From positions 1 to 48,531 of the forward strand of contig NW_021834450.1 of the NCBI RefSeq assembly GCF_006345805.1: a stretch of 48,531 nt of DNA. Direction: 5' to 3'. This document shows positions 14,785-27,584 of this stretch, piece after piece. The stretch is from Octopus sinensis. Taxonomy: Eukaryota. The position numbers and the translations under genes were made by a program. The notes beneath the pieces were generated by a model. The model was not told the DNA's origin and searched no databases. It saw nothing but the letters and a program-made list of their open reading frames with translations. How positions within the stretch are numbered: position 1 is the first letter of the stretch; each line of letters begins with the position of its first letter.

Positions 14785-16317
14785 TTTTCTTTTTCTTCAA
14801 ATTTTCTTCCGTTTCTCGCCGGGTATTTTCCGTACACCTAGGGCAGAGAAGCTCATTGTATGCATTCCCAGATTACACATGCGAATTCACAGGTAAAATA
14901 TGTTTTAAAAAAAATTATTAAATGAATAAATTCATGAATGGATGTTGTTTTCACAGCCTTAATGCTCTTCTCAGTACATGAGCCGTTCCAGCTAACACGA
15001 TTTTTTGCACTTTCTGTAGGGATAGTAAGTCTGGTATCATTTTCAAATAGGTTTCAGTACCTTTTTTTATCATTCCTAGAGATCTCACAATCACTGGTAC
15101 TGTAGTCGCCTGATGTTTTATAATAAGATCCGGTTTATTAGCTTTTATAGTCTTGTCGGTCTGTACGCGGAAGTCCCATAGAATCGACACATTTTCTCCC
15201 TCAGTCACAGCTTCAGGACGGTGTTTATTCCATTTGTCAGCGGTTTTGATTTTATAATGCCGACATATTGTCCAGTGCAAATACTGGCCGACTCTGTCAT
15301 GTCTTGCTTTATATCCGACAGGTGCTAAGACTTACCTTGAGATTAGGTGGTCTATTGTTTCAATCTCATCGTTACAGAATCGGCATTTTGGGTCAGCTCC
15401 ATTTTTTATCACATTGGCTTGGTAGTTCCGAGTTAATAAGCTTTGATCTTGAACAGCTAATATGAAGCCTTCACTCTCCGCTTTTAGCCCTGAGCTTCGT
15501 AACCATTGGTGCGTGTGTTTCTGGTCGACATCAGCTCGTTTGCTACGGGCCACATACTTGCCATGCAGAGGTTTCTGTTCCCATCTGCTAGCTAATTTTT
15601 CATGCGCTTTTGTCTTTGCAATTAATTTTATTTTCTTTGCAGCTGCAGTTGGCGCATTTCCTTCAGCCTGATCAATCTGGTGGATATCTCAGAGATCAGT
15701 AGCGGATTTTTTGCTTTCTTTCAGAATAGAGTGAAGTTTTTTCGGTGTTTCATGCTTTTCAACAAGTTTTAGCATTCAATCGCTGGTTGTTTCAAGGTTT
15801 AGCCAGTCCGATTGTGGTGGTTTTGTATGTAAGTTCAAGCTGGATCAAACCTCGACATCGCCGAGCTCTGGGAAGGTTAAGATGATCCACGTCTGCCTTT
15901 CGATGGTGCATCTTATTACAAGTCAGCAGCTTACGGATTTTTATGTCAATTTGCATTAACAACTGGGACTGCTAAGGAATGTATGGCTAACACCTTATTA
16001 TATGCATTCAGCTCAGACTTCAGGATTGTTCGAACTCTTCTATAACATTCCTTCCTAACCTTCTCCTTCCTGGTTGCATTCTGGATACCTGAGCCTTCAT
16101 TTATTCCTAAGTATTTATAGGTTTGTTCCTGCTCAAGTTCCTTTATTACTGTTTCGACATCTAATTCGATTGAACTTGACTTTACCAATTTCCCTTTCTT
16201 AAAAGTGGCTTTGGCATACTTTTCAAGGCCAAAATCCATCCCGATATCATCACTGAATCCTTTCACAGTATGTAAGAGTCCTTCAAGCTCTTCATCATCT
16301 TTGCCATATAGTTTTAA

Positions 16318-16320
<3 letters not shown>
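14785..16320 (-). mobile_element. 5'-truncated R4/Dong-type LINE
   Basis: LKLYGKDD, KYLGINE, GLKAESEGFILAVQDQ, CRFC..HLIS, NKPD; bounded by AAT repeats. Confidence 0.88.
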
Positions 16321-16800
<480 letters not shown>

Positions 16801-16815
16801 TGATACAATCCTTAC

Positions 16816-16883
16816 CTTATTGCTCTTTGTAATTGTGCATCTGTGGCGTTAGGCTGCAGGTATCTATACTGTACGAGGTATTC
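16816..16883 (-). CDS. MMP coding exon 2: propeptide start (EYLVQYRYLQPNATDAQLQRAI-R)
   Basis: Acceptor tttctctatatttcttgcag, donor GTAAGG, 68 bp, phase 0 to 2. YL..Y.YL motif typical of MMP propeptide helix 1. Not in the ORF track. Confidence 0.9.
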
Positions 16884-17185
16884 CTGCAAGAAATATAGAG
16901 AAACAGGTTTACACACACTCGTGTACAATCTATTATAATAGATGCATCATTCTGTCTGTCCCCTTCCTCGTGTCTCAGCTTTCATTTGGTCTACATTGAC
17001 ATATTATACCTTACAAAAAAAAAAAAAGACGAAGACGTGTGTGCAAACGACAAACAGATGTATTAATTTAACGCTCGGGAAGTGAGAAAGTCTTTTTTAC
17101 GTTTCGAGCCAACGATCTTCAGCAGAAAAGAACGCAGAAATAATCAGGGAGAGAAAATAAAAAAGGTTTAGCGGCTAGCGATCAG

Positions 17186-17648
<463 letters not shown>

Positions 17649-20048
17649 ACGTGCGCCGTGCCGGGTAGGAGTATCCATGACAACCTCCATCTGATGCGCT
17701 ACATCATACACAGGGTAGTTAAGGATCCTGGCATGGGTGGAGCCCTGATGAATTTGGATCAATCAAAAGCCTTCGATAGGGTAGACCATCACTACTTGGA
17801 GGCTGTCCTTAAAGCGGTTGGTTTCGGTCCAGTTTTCCGCGGTTGGATCGCTGCCTTATACAGCGGCATCCGCTCGGTAGTTCGCGTAAATGGTCATCTA
17901 TCCAGACCTTTTAACATCATGCGTTCGGTCCGTCAGGGATGCCCCCTCTCATCGCTGCTGTATGTATTGACTCTTGAGCTACTACTGCGGAAACTGGCGA
18001 CGCTGAGGGGCATCCCACGAGAGCCTGGATGCGGGAAGAGCGTGTCTGCATACGCGGACGACGTCACTATCATAGTGTCGAGCCACAAGCAGATCGACCT
18101 GGTCGGCGAGACACTAAAAGAATACGAAGCGGTAACGAGAACAAAAATTAACCGGGAAAAGTCAGTGGGCTTGTGGCTCGGCACCTGGAGAAGCAAGCCC
18201 ATGCCGTCCAACAGCGTTTCCATCGACGGACCTGTTAAATTGCTCGGAGTCTGGTTCGGTCCGGACCTCCAAATGGAGAAGAACTGGGGCGAAATAACGA
18301 CTAGGGTGGCCACTCTCACCCAGCAATGGGCTGAGAGAAAGCTATCCCTAAAAGGTCGGGCGGAGGTGGCGAACGCGTACATCGCATCCGTCATCGAGTA
18401 CCTATTTCTTTACTACCCACAAGGGGCTAAACATAGAAGGGACAAACAAGGGCAGACAAACGGATTAAGTCGATTATATAGACCCCAGTGCGTAACTGGT
18501 ACTTATTTAATCGACCCTGAAAGGATGAAAGGCAAAGTCGACCTCGGCGGAATTTGAACTCAGAACGTAGCGACAGACGAAATACCGCTAAGCATTTCAC
18601 CCGGCGTGCTAACGTTTCCGCCAGATCACCGCCAAATGGAGAAGAACTGGGGCGAAATAACGACTAGGGTGGCCACTCTCACCCAGCAATGGGCTGAGAA
18701 AAAGCTATCCCTAAAAGGTCGAGCGGAGGTGGCGAACGCGTACATCGCATCCGTCATCGAGTACCGTCTGACCGTCGTGTCTGGTCCCGACCCTACCATC
18801 ACCAAACTGGAACGCATACTCTTCCGCTTCCTGTGGAAGGGAAGCGTTCCGATGGTTAGGCGATCCATTTGCTGTCAACACCCGTTAAATGGAGGGCTAG
18901 GCATGCCGTGGTTGATGATGCGCAGACATACGCTGAGACTGTGACATCTCCGGCGCTTCATAGACGACGGTGAACAGGTGTGGTCACCTTTTGTGCAACG
19001 CGCTTTCCCGCAGCTCGTCTCCTTGGCCGAACTACAATCGTAGATCAAACAGAGATCGAGACTAGGCGAATGGCACCGCAAGTGTCGCGTTGCTCTCAAG
19101 CAACTCTGCCATCCGGTGCCAAACTTGTGCGACTTCATTACAACAAAGGCATTCTATAGAGGATTAGTGGAGGGGAGGTGCGACGACGTCCTCGGGCAGA
19201 ATCTGGGCGTCGACGAGGAACACCTGACCCACCTGTTCAGGACAACTTTCGGGCCGGGACCTATGGACAATCACTAAAGATCCCTGGCCTGGCATGCTAT
19301 CGAGAAGCATTACCTGTTCGAGATAAGCTCTACAGGCACGGTTCGAGACACACTGGACCGACTTGCCCGAGATGCGGTCAGAGCGACGAAACCGTTCTGC
19401 AAGCACTCGTGCAGTGTCCAACAATTTCCGACCTGTGGGCTTATGCCGAACGCTGCTGTCACGTGTGGGACGAGTCCGCCTGTCGACCGAGTCTATCGTG
19501 AAAATTGCTCCGCCTTCTTCCCTCGACCGGAAAAGCAAGGCTGTTTTCATCGTACAGGTGGCCATGGTGAAAGAATGTGCGTGGTGGACTCGAGCGAAAG
19601 GATTAGAGACCAACACTTACCTCTCTGACCAATCGCTCATCAACTTTTTCAAGTACCACTTGAAAAGGAAGGTGAGAATGGAGAGGCAGGTTTTCTCTCG
19701 TGAAATTTAAAAAAGAAAGGTGGGTGAATGTAGCAAAGATAGTGCTCGCGAGTGACGAAACCACTTTGAGCATGATCCTGTAAATCGAAAAAAGAGAGAG
19801 ATAGCACTTTGCTCTCATGTGTTTACCTGAGGTTACCGTGGTCTTTTCTGTAGGCTTTTCTTTCCACGGATGAACCTAATCTTATTTCTTACTTGTTAAA
19901 AAAGCTCCTTCTGTGAGACACGATCCCTTTTCATCGGAATTTTACATTTGTTCCCTTTTTTCCTTTTTCTTTTCCATTTTCGAAAAGAAAAGCTCTACAT
20001 TTGTATTTGTCCCCTCTGTATTCAGCCCTGTGTGGCCAATGAAGAAAG
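17649..20048 (+). mobile_element. 5'-truncated Tx1-clade LINE (RT to 3' UTR), interrupted by a SINE
   Basis: TCAVPGRSIHDN, LDQSKAFDRV, RQGCPLS, AYADD, CPRC..ETVLQALVQC; (TCTA)n on both sides. Confidence 0.88.
18403..18624 (-). mobile_element. tRNA-derived SINE family C (central gcctttcatcctttc.gggtcg..aaataagtaccag)
   Basis: Homologous to tandem copies at 30331-30560 and 30561-30744(+). The central block resembles the MetaSINE domain from memory (unverified). Confidence 0.8.
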
Positions 20049-20135
<87 letters not shown>

Positions 20136-20158
20136 CTATCTATCTATCTATCTATCTC
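20049..20158. repeat. (TCTA)n spacer between the two Tx1 copies
   Basis: Direct reading. Confidence 0.97.
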
Positions 20159-20342
20159 GGCTCCAAGTAAGTTGGCAACTTTTACATGTTTAAAACTCCT
20201 TGTTGTCAAATATTTGTTTTAATCGTTGTGCAAATTCATTCACTAAAAAACCTGAGAATTATTCACGTAGAATTCCGCCCCTGTATGGGCGAATTACAAA
20301 AAAACTTTCAAAACTTCGTGGGTTTTTTAGCCATTTTTCATT

Positions 20343-22250
20343 TTGAAAATGGCAACTAGAAACCACGTGGCTAGCCCGCCAGTCATGCAGAACGGTAGCA
20401 AAACACTATTGCTACCACTAGCTGCTAAACATCGCAGCGTGAACACCTGTCACCACCATCACCACCACCAACAACACAACAACAAATCTAACGTCGCATT
20501 CACCATCGCCGCGACCAAAGACATTAACTTAGATTTCCCCTCACTCCCCACACCACTTGTTGATGATAAAGGGACAGAGAAAGGGATTTCAAAAATGAAT
20601 ACAAACGAAAACATGAATGCCAGCACCACCACCATCACCACCAACAACAACAACAACGAAATTGGCACAAAGCCGCCTACCAAAGACAACACCGCCAACA
20701 CCAACACCACTACTACGACGTCAAATGCTACATCCAAGCCTTCTGCTGCTAATACCGCCAACCCAACACACCACTACCATGACTTCAATTAACACTGCCA
20801 CAATTAACACTTCTACTGCCAAATTCAAAACGAATTTTGCGGACGTAACAAAACAAAAAAGAACAATTGTAACATTCACCACACAAGAGATAAACCGCAC
20901 AAAGGCACTCTTCTCCAAAGAAGGAGACAAATTGCACCTTCATATTCCACAACACATCGTGGAAAACACGCAAAAAAAAACAATAATTTATAAAGTAATA
21001 AACAAAAAAACAAGAAGAACAGAAAATGCACCGCAGGAAAAAATCGATAAATGCCTTCGTCCTGTATGGGACTCCTAGGAATATATCAGTTGGGGAAACA
21101 AATTTGGTACAGTCCAAGTACGTTTCCTCAACGAAAGTTTAGCAAAACGTTTTTCCACATTGGAGCTACATTCGGACGACTTGGTAATGATACCAGTCTA
21201 TTTAAACAAAAGGGTCACGAAAGTCCAAATAAAAAACATACCATTTGATGTCGAAACACAATGGGTGGTCTCTGCCATCTGCTTTGAAATGTCAGAGACA
21301 ATGTCAGAGACAAACATCCTGGAAATCGCGGTTCTAGGAGAGAAAGACTATGTGGGCAAATCAATCGAATTCCTGCTTCAATTGGATGAAGCAGCAAGAG
21401 AGAAGATACCCACCGCTATAGAACTGCCAGGAGGCTACAAACTCTATATAGTGGTAGAGGGCAGGCGACCACGCTGCTATTTGTGTGGAAGCGAAACACA
21501 CTTGAAAAAGACGTGCCCAACCACTGCACACAAGAGCAACAACAACAACCACTACCACAACCAAAGCACTCCGGAAAAAAAGCTCTACTACCCACACCAC
21601 CATCAACACAGAAGACGACAAGAGAAGCACACCAAGCTAATCCGTCATCAACCAAAAACCACTCGACACCTGGAAAAATACCAACACTACCATCAACAGC
21701 AAAACCCAAAGGAACAGAAAAACAAAGAAAACACACACAAACTGATCCCCCATCCCTTATACCGCACTCAACACACACAAACACTCAACAACCAACAACA
21801 ACGAAAACAACAACACAACCACTTACACAGACATACATAGAAGCCCCTACCCCCTTCTGATTCCTCAGAAATTTCGTCGGAAGACGAAACCAGTGAGGAA
21901 TGGCAAATAGCTACAAAAAGAAGGAAAATAAAGAGCAGAAACACAACCAAACCAAATGCAAACACGAACAAAGCAGGGGGAAATACATCTCCCGAAGACA
22001 TTTCAAAACCCAACGCAAACAACAGCCACACCAACACCACAAAAACATATACAGCAAACATGCTCACAGCCATAGACACCAAAAACACAAATTTGATGGA
22101 ATACATCCAATCAAAAACAAACATAACAGAAGATGACATAAAAACAAACAACACACCCATACACAACACCACCAGACCACATCAAAATAATACACATCTC
22201 CAAAAGTCTGCACCACACACTCAAAGGCATTTTCCCCAGTGCGGTTGGTA
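20343..22250 (+). pseudogene. Tx1 ORF1 (nucleic-acid-binding protein, CX2CX4HX4C), frameshifted
   Basis: Split over ORFs 20343, 20617, 21160 and 21483; RVTKVQIKNIP and VVEGRRPRCYLCG motifs. Confidence 0.7.
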
Positions 22251-22370
22251 AATGCCAAAAATATCTCACAAAGAAACTGTACTGGGATCTTCTCGAGGAC
22301 AAACCAACGGAGGAGAAAGCAAAAACTTTCGAGCAGTAAGTAACCCTCTGTATTCTAATTCATTAGAACT

Positions 22371-25300
22371 ATGATCAAGATTGGTTGTGTAAATGCGCGT
22401 GGCTTGGGGTCCCCTTGGAAACAAGGGTACCTCTTAAATGACATAAAGTCACATAAGTTAGAAATCATAGCCATAAGCGAGACCAGACTCCACAATCCGC
22501 GGGCCCTAAAGACCATGTTTGGCGGACAGTTCAACATTTATTTTTCCCCCTGTCTGCCGAGAATGGGCGGTAGTGGCACCGCGGTACTTTTTCACAAGAG
22601 TCTGGATCTCAATGTAAGGACAATATTCGTAGACCCGGAGGGTAGACTGGTCGTCCTGGATGTCGACGGCAGCAATGGGTGCGCTTTTCGGCTCGTATCA
22701 GTTTACGCACCGCCCTTAACAGGTCGGGCGGATTTCTTTCAACGTCTAGAAGTTTTCTGGGAACGTCTCGTCCTTTACTCTTAGTGGGGGATTGGAATGC
22801 TACCTTGGACACGCATGTAGACTACGTGGGTAGAGATAGGAATAGACGGGGATGCAAATGCCTCAGAGACCTGCTCAGACGCTTTCAACTGTCTGACAGG
22901 TTTCGACTAGACCACCCGAATGCGCCAACGTGGACATGGAGCAACCGCATCGGGTCGTCGAGATCGTATCTAGATAGGATACTGTGTAGGACAGTAGATA
23001 GAGATAGCATAGGATGTCCACAATTCCACATAGTCAGCTACACGGATCACAAACTTGTGACATGTACGCTAGACTTAGGTAAGACACTTAGGCAGGGTCC
23101 CGGATACTGGAAACTAAACGCGTCTTTCCCATCGAGACAAGTTTTCAGAGACCGGATTAGCACACTAGTAAAGAGGGCTTTGACGGGAGCCATCATCAAC
23201 AACAAATGGTGGTTTGCCCTCAAGAGAGCAGTAAAAGCAGAAGCGATTAGGTACAGCAAAGCACTAGCCATAGATAGAAATAGAGTAGAGGGTGAGCTAG
23301 TTAAGAAGCTAGAAGAGGCAATTAGAAGCGGCATCGCATCCGACGTTTTGGCGGCGAGGTTGGCCCTCGACCAACACTTCAACGCCAAACACGAAGGATG
23401 TGCTGTCAGAGCTAGGATGCGTGCTCTAAGGAACGAAGGTGTTGGAGCCGCGAGAGAGGCCCGGGTGGCAGAGGCGCAACAGGGCAACAAAGCCACCATT
23501 CGGTCACTGGTAGATGAACAGGGGCGCGAATTGCTCGAGCCAAGTAAAATGTGTGAGGCCTTTCAGCAGCATTTTGCCCGACTGTTCGGAACGAGTGGAG
23601 GGCAAGAACGTAGGGTGGACTTCAGTGCCTACCTACATAGCCTACCACGACTCTCGACAAGAAAGGCAGGGTGCTGCGAAGGTGCCATCACGGCGGCGGA
23701 AGTGCGGGAAGCGATGGCAGAATGCTCGAGGGACAAATCACCGGGTTTGGATGGTCTACCCTACGAGCTTTACAATTGTATGCCAGACTTGTTTGGAGAT
23801 CTCTTGGCGGCGGTGTACTGCAACTGGCAGCAAAACGGGAGCATTCCTGGTTTTGTGAGCCGAGGAGCCGTAACACTGCTGAAGAAAGATCTAAACAAGG
23901 GAAATGTAATAGATAACTTTAGGCCCATCACTCTGCTTAATGCAGACTTGAAAATTTTGGCCAAGGTGCTAGCCAAGAGGTTGGCGCTTGTCATCGAGAA
24001 ACTGGTCGACAAGGCGCAAACATGCGCCGTGCCAGGCCGGACCATCCATGACAACCTCCATCTGATGCGCTACATCATAGACAGGGTAGTTAACGAACCT
24101 GGCATGGGTGGGGCCCTGATCAACTTGGATCAATCAAAAGCCTTTGATAGGGTAGACCATCGATACTTGGAGGCAGTCCTGAGAGCGGCTGGTTTCGGTC
24201 CCGTCTTCCGCGGCTGGATAGCTGCCTTGTACAGAGGCATCCGTTCGGTAATTCGCGTAAATGGACATCTATCGAGACCTTTCGACATTGCACGTTCGGT
24301 CCGTCAGGGATGCCCCCTCTCGGCGCTTCTATACGTATTGACTCTTGAGCCACTACTGCGGAAGCTGGCGACTCTAAGGGGCATCCCGCGAGAATTGGGA
24401 TGCGGGACGAGCGTGTCTGCATACGCGGACGACGTCACCGTCATAGTGTCAAGCCACGAGCACATCGAGCTGGTCGGCGAGACACTGAAAAACTACGAAG
24501 CGGTGACAGGAGCGAAAATCAACCGGGAAAAGTCAGTGGGCTTGCGACTAGGCACCTGGAGAAGCAAGCCCATGCCGTCCACCAGCGCCTCCGTCGTGGG
24601 ACGCTGGACCGACGGCCCGGTTGAGTTGCTCGGGGTCTGGTTTGGTCCGGACCTCCAAGTGGAGAAGAACTGGAACGAGATAACGAGTAGGGTGGTCACT
24701 CTCGCCCGGCAATGGGCCGAGAGGAAACTGTCCCTAAAAGGTCGAGCGGAGGTGGCGAACACGTACATCGCGTCCGTCATCTACTACCGCCTGACCGTCG
24801 TACCTTGTCCCGACCCTACCACCACCAAACTACAACGCATCCTCTTTCGCTTCTTGTGGAAAGGATGCGTCCCGATGGTCAGGCGATCCATTTGCTGTCA
24901 ACACCCGTTAAAAGGAGGGCTGGGCATGCCGTGGTTGATGATGCGCAGACACGCGCTGAGACTGCGACATCTCTGGCTCTATGTAGACGACGGTGAACAG
25001 GTGTGGTCGCCGTTTGTGAGGCACGCTTTCCCGCAGCTCGTCTCCATGACCGAACTGCAGTCGTGGATCAAAAAGAGGCCGAGGAAGGGCGAATGGCACC
25101 GCGAGTGTCGCGTTGCTCTCAAGCAACTCTGCCGTCCTGGGTCGACCTTAAGTGACTTCAACACAACCAAAGCATTCTATAGGGGTTTAGTGGAGGGGAG
25201 GTACGACGACGAGCTCGGGGCGAACCTGGACGTCGACGAGGAGTACCTGACCCGCCTGTTCGGGACGACTTTCGGGCCAGGGCCCATGGACAACTTCCAG

Positions 25301-25807
25301 AGATCCCTGGCCTGGCAGTGCTACCGAGAAGCGCTACCCGTTCGGGATAAGCTCTACAGACACGGCTCGAGAAACACGGGGCCGACCTGCCCGAGATGCG
25401 GTCAGAGCGACGAAACCGTTCTGCACGCACTCGTTCAGTGTCCAACAATTTCCGACCTGTGGGCTTGTGTCGAACAACTGCTGTCACGTGTGGGACGAGT
25501 CGGTTTATCAGCTGAGTCTATCGTCAATATTGTCACGCCTCCTTCCTTCAAACGGGAAGGAAGAGCTATTTTCATCATCCTTGTGGCTATGGCGAAAGAA
25601 TGTATCTGGTGGACGCGTCTGAAAGGATTGGAGACAAACACTTTCCTCTCTGGTCAATCTCTCATCAACTTCTTCAAGTACCACTTGAAAAGGAAAGTGA
25701 GAGTAGAGAGGCAAGTTTTGTCTAGCGAATGTTTTAAAAAAAGATGGGTGAATGTAGCAAGAATGGCACGTATGAATGACGAAGCCACCTTGAGCATAGT
25801 CCTATGA
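22371..25807 (+). CDS. Tx1 ORF2: APE endonuclease + reverse transcriptase + CCHC, one frameshift near 22755
   Basis: MIKIGCVNARGL, AISET, GDWN, YLDRI, SDH-like TDH, KSPGLDGL, FRPITLLN, SAYADD, CPRC..HALVQC. Confidence 0.9.
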
Positions 25808-27168
25808 CCCAAAAAATCAAAAACAGAGAGTTGCTTATTTGCAAAAAAAAAAAAAAAAAAAAAAGAAATATAAAATGTGACTTCATTGACCGAGGTTACC
25901 GTGGTCTTTTCCGCAGGCTTTTCTTTCCACGGGTAAACCTCACCTGTCCTCCCCTTTACACTTCATATTGACATTTCTGTGATAACGATCCCTATTGATC
26001 ATTTTTTTCTTCCTCTCCCCCCCTTTTTTTTTTTTTTTTTTTTTTAACCCCCTTATTTTTGTCCTCTTTCTCTCCTTTTACGATCCCTTTTGATCGAACC
26101 TCCCCTTCATTTTTTTTTTTTTTTTTTTTTTTAATACCTTCAAAAGAAAAGCTCTACCTTGTAATTTGTTCTATCTGTGTGCAGCCCTGTGTGGCTAATA
26201 AAGAAACATATCTGACCTCACCCACCGTATCTCAGCTTTCATTTGCCCCACATTGACACATTATACCTTTTTGGAATCAGCATGATCCGGTGATTGAAAA
26301 TTTGCCCTTCGCTTAGTCGTCGAAGGTTCTGGAAGAGTATTTCGTTACATGTGAGCTGTTACTCTTTACTCTTTTACTTGTTTCAGTCAGTTGACTGCGG
26401 CCATGCTGGAGCACCGCCTTTAGTCGAGCAAATCGACCCCAGGACTTATTCTTTGAAAGCCTAGTACTTATTCTATCGGTCTCTTTTGCCGAACCACTAA
26501 GTTACGGGGACATAAACACACCAGCATCGGTTGTCAAGCGATGTTGGTGTGACAAACACAGATACACAAACATATACATGCACATACATACATATATATA
26601 CATATATACGACGGGCTTCTTTCAGTTTCCATCTACCAAATCCACTCACAAGGCTTTGGTCGGCCCAAGGCTATAGTGGAAGACACTTTCCCAAGGCGCC
26701 ACGCAGTGGGACTGAACCCGGAACCATGCGGTTCGTAAGCAAGATACTTACCACACAGCAAATTTTAAAATAACTCCAAAAATTGGTGAACTGTTTTGCT
26801 GTTTTACTCGTTTCAGTCATTTGACTGCGGCCATGCTGGAGCGCCGCCTTTAGACGAGCAAATCGACCCCAGGTCTTATTCTTCGTTAGCCTAGTACTTA
26901 TTCTAAGAAACTGAAAAATATATGTATTATATGTATGTGTGTGATTGTGTGTCTGTGTTTGTACCTCTCCCCCACACAACATCGTTTGACAACCGATGCT
27001 GGTGTGTGTACGTCTCCATACTTAGCGCTTCGGCAAACGAGACCGATCGAATAAGTACTAGGTTTACAAAGAATAAGTCCTGGGTCGATTTGCTCGACTA
27101 AAGACACTGCTCCAGCATAGCCACAGTCAAATGACTGAAACAAGTAAAAGATTAAAAGAGTAAAGATA

Positions 27169-27563
27169 TCTTTATATATAAAAGTCAAGTTGTGTGTCTG
27201 TCTCCAACGATTTAGATTCCTAACTACTCCCACATTTTGCGGTGCAGTTTAACCAAAACCGGGTATCTTATAGTCGTGATTCATATCGAGCCCTTCTGGG
27301 TATTAGTGCGCGTCTACGATGAGTCTACGATTAAAAAAAAAATTTACCATCATTTTTTTCCATTTTAATGCATTTTTTCGCTATTATATAAGAGAAGTAA
27401 CTCTCTAAAAATGTCTACGATGAGTCAACGATTTAAAAAAAATTTACCATCATTTTTTTCCCATTTTAATGCATTTTTGGCTATTTTTTGGCTATAACTC
27501 TCTAAAAATGCTTATATAGTTATTTCCCTTACAAACCCGAGCAACGCCGGGCGATACTGCTTG
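27169..27563 (+). mobile_element. Non-autonomous Helitron
   Basis: A|TCTTTATATATAAAAG start; subterminal hairpin cccgagcaacgccggg; CTTG|T end. Confidence 0.75.
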
Positions 27564-27584
27564 TATATATATATATATTTATTT

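Larger units (their letters stand above)
20159..26206 (+). mobile_element. Near full-length Tx1-clade LINE (5' UTR, ORF1, ORF2, 3' UTR), antisense within MMP intron 1
   Basis: ORF1 pieces with the CYLCGSETHLKKTC zinc knuckle; ORF2 with APE, RT and CCHC; 3' end matches copy 1. Confidence 0.9.
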
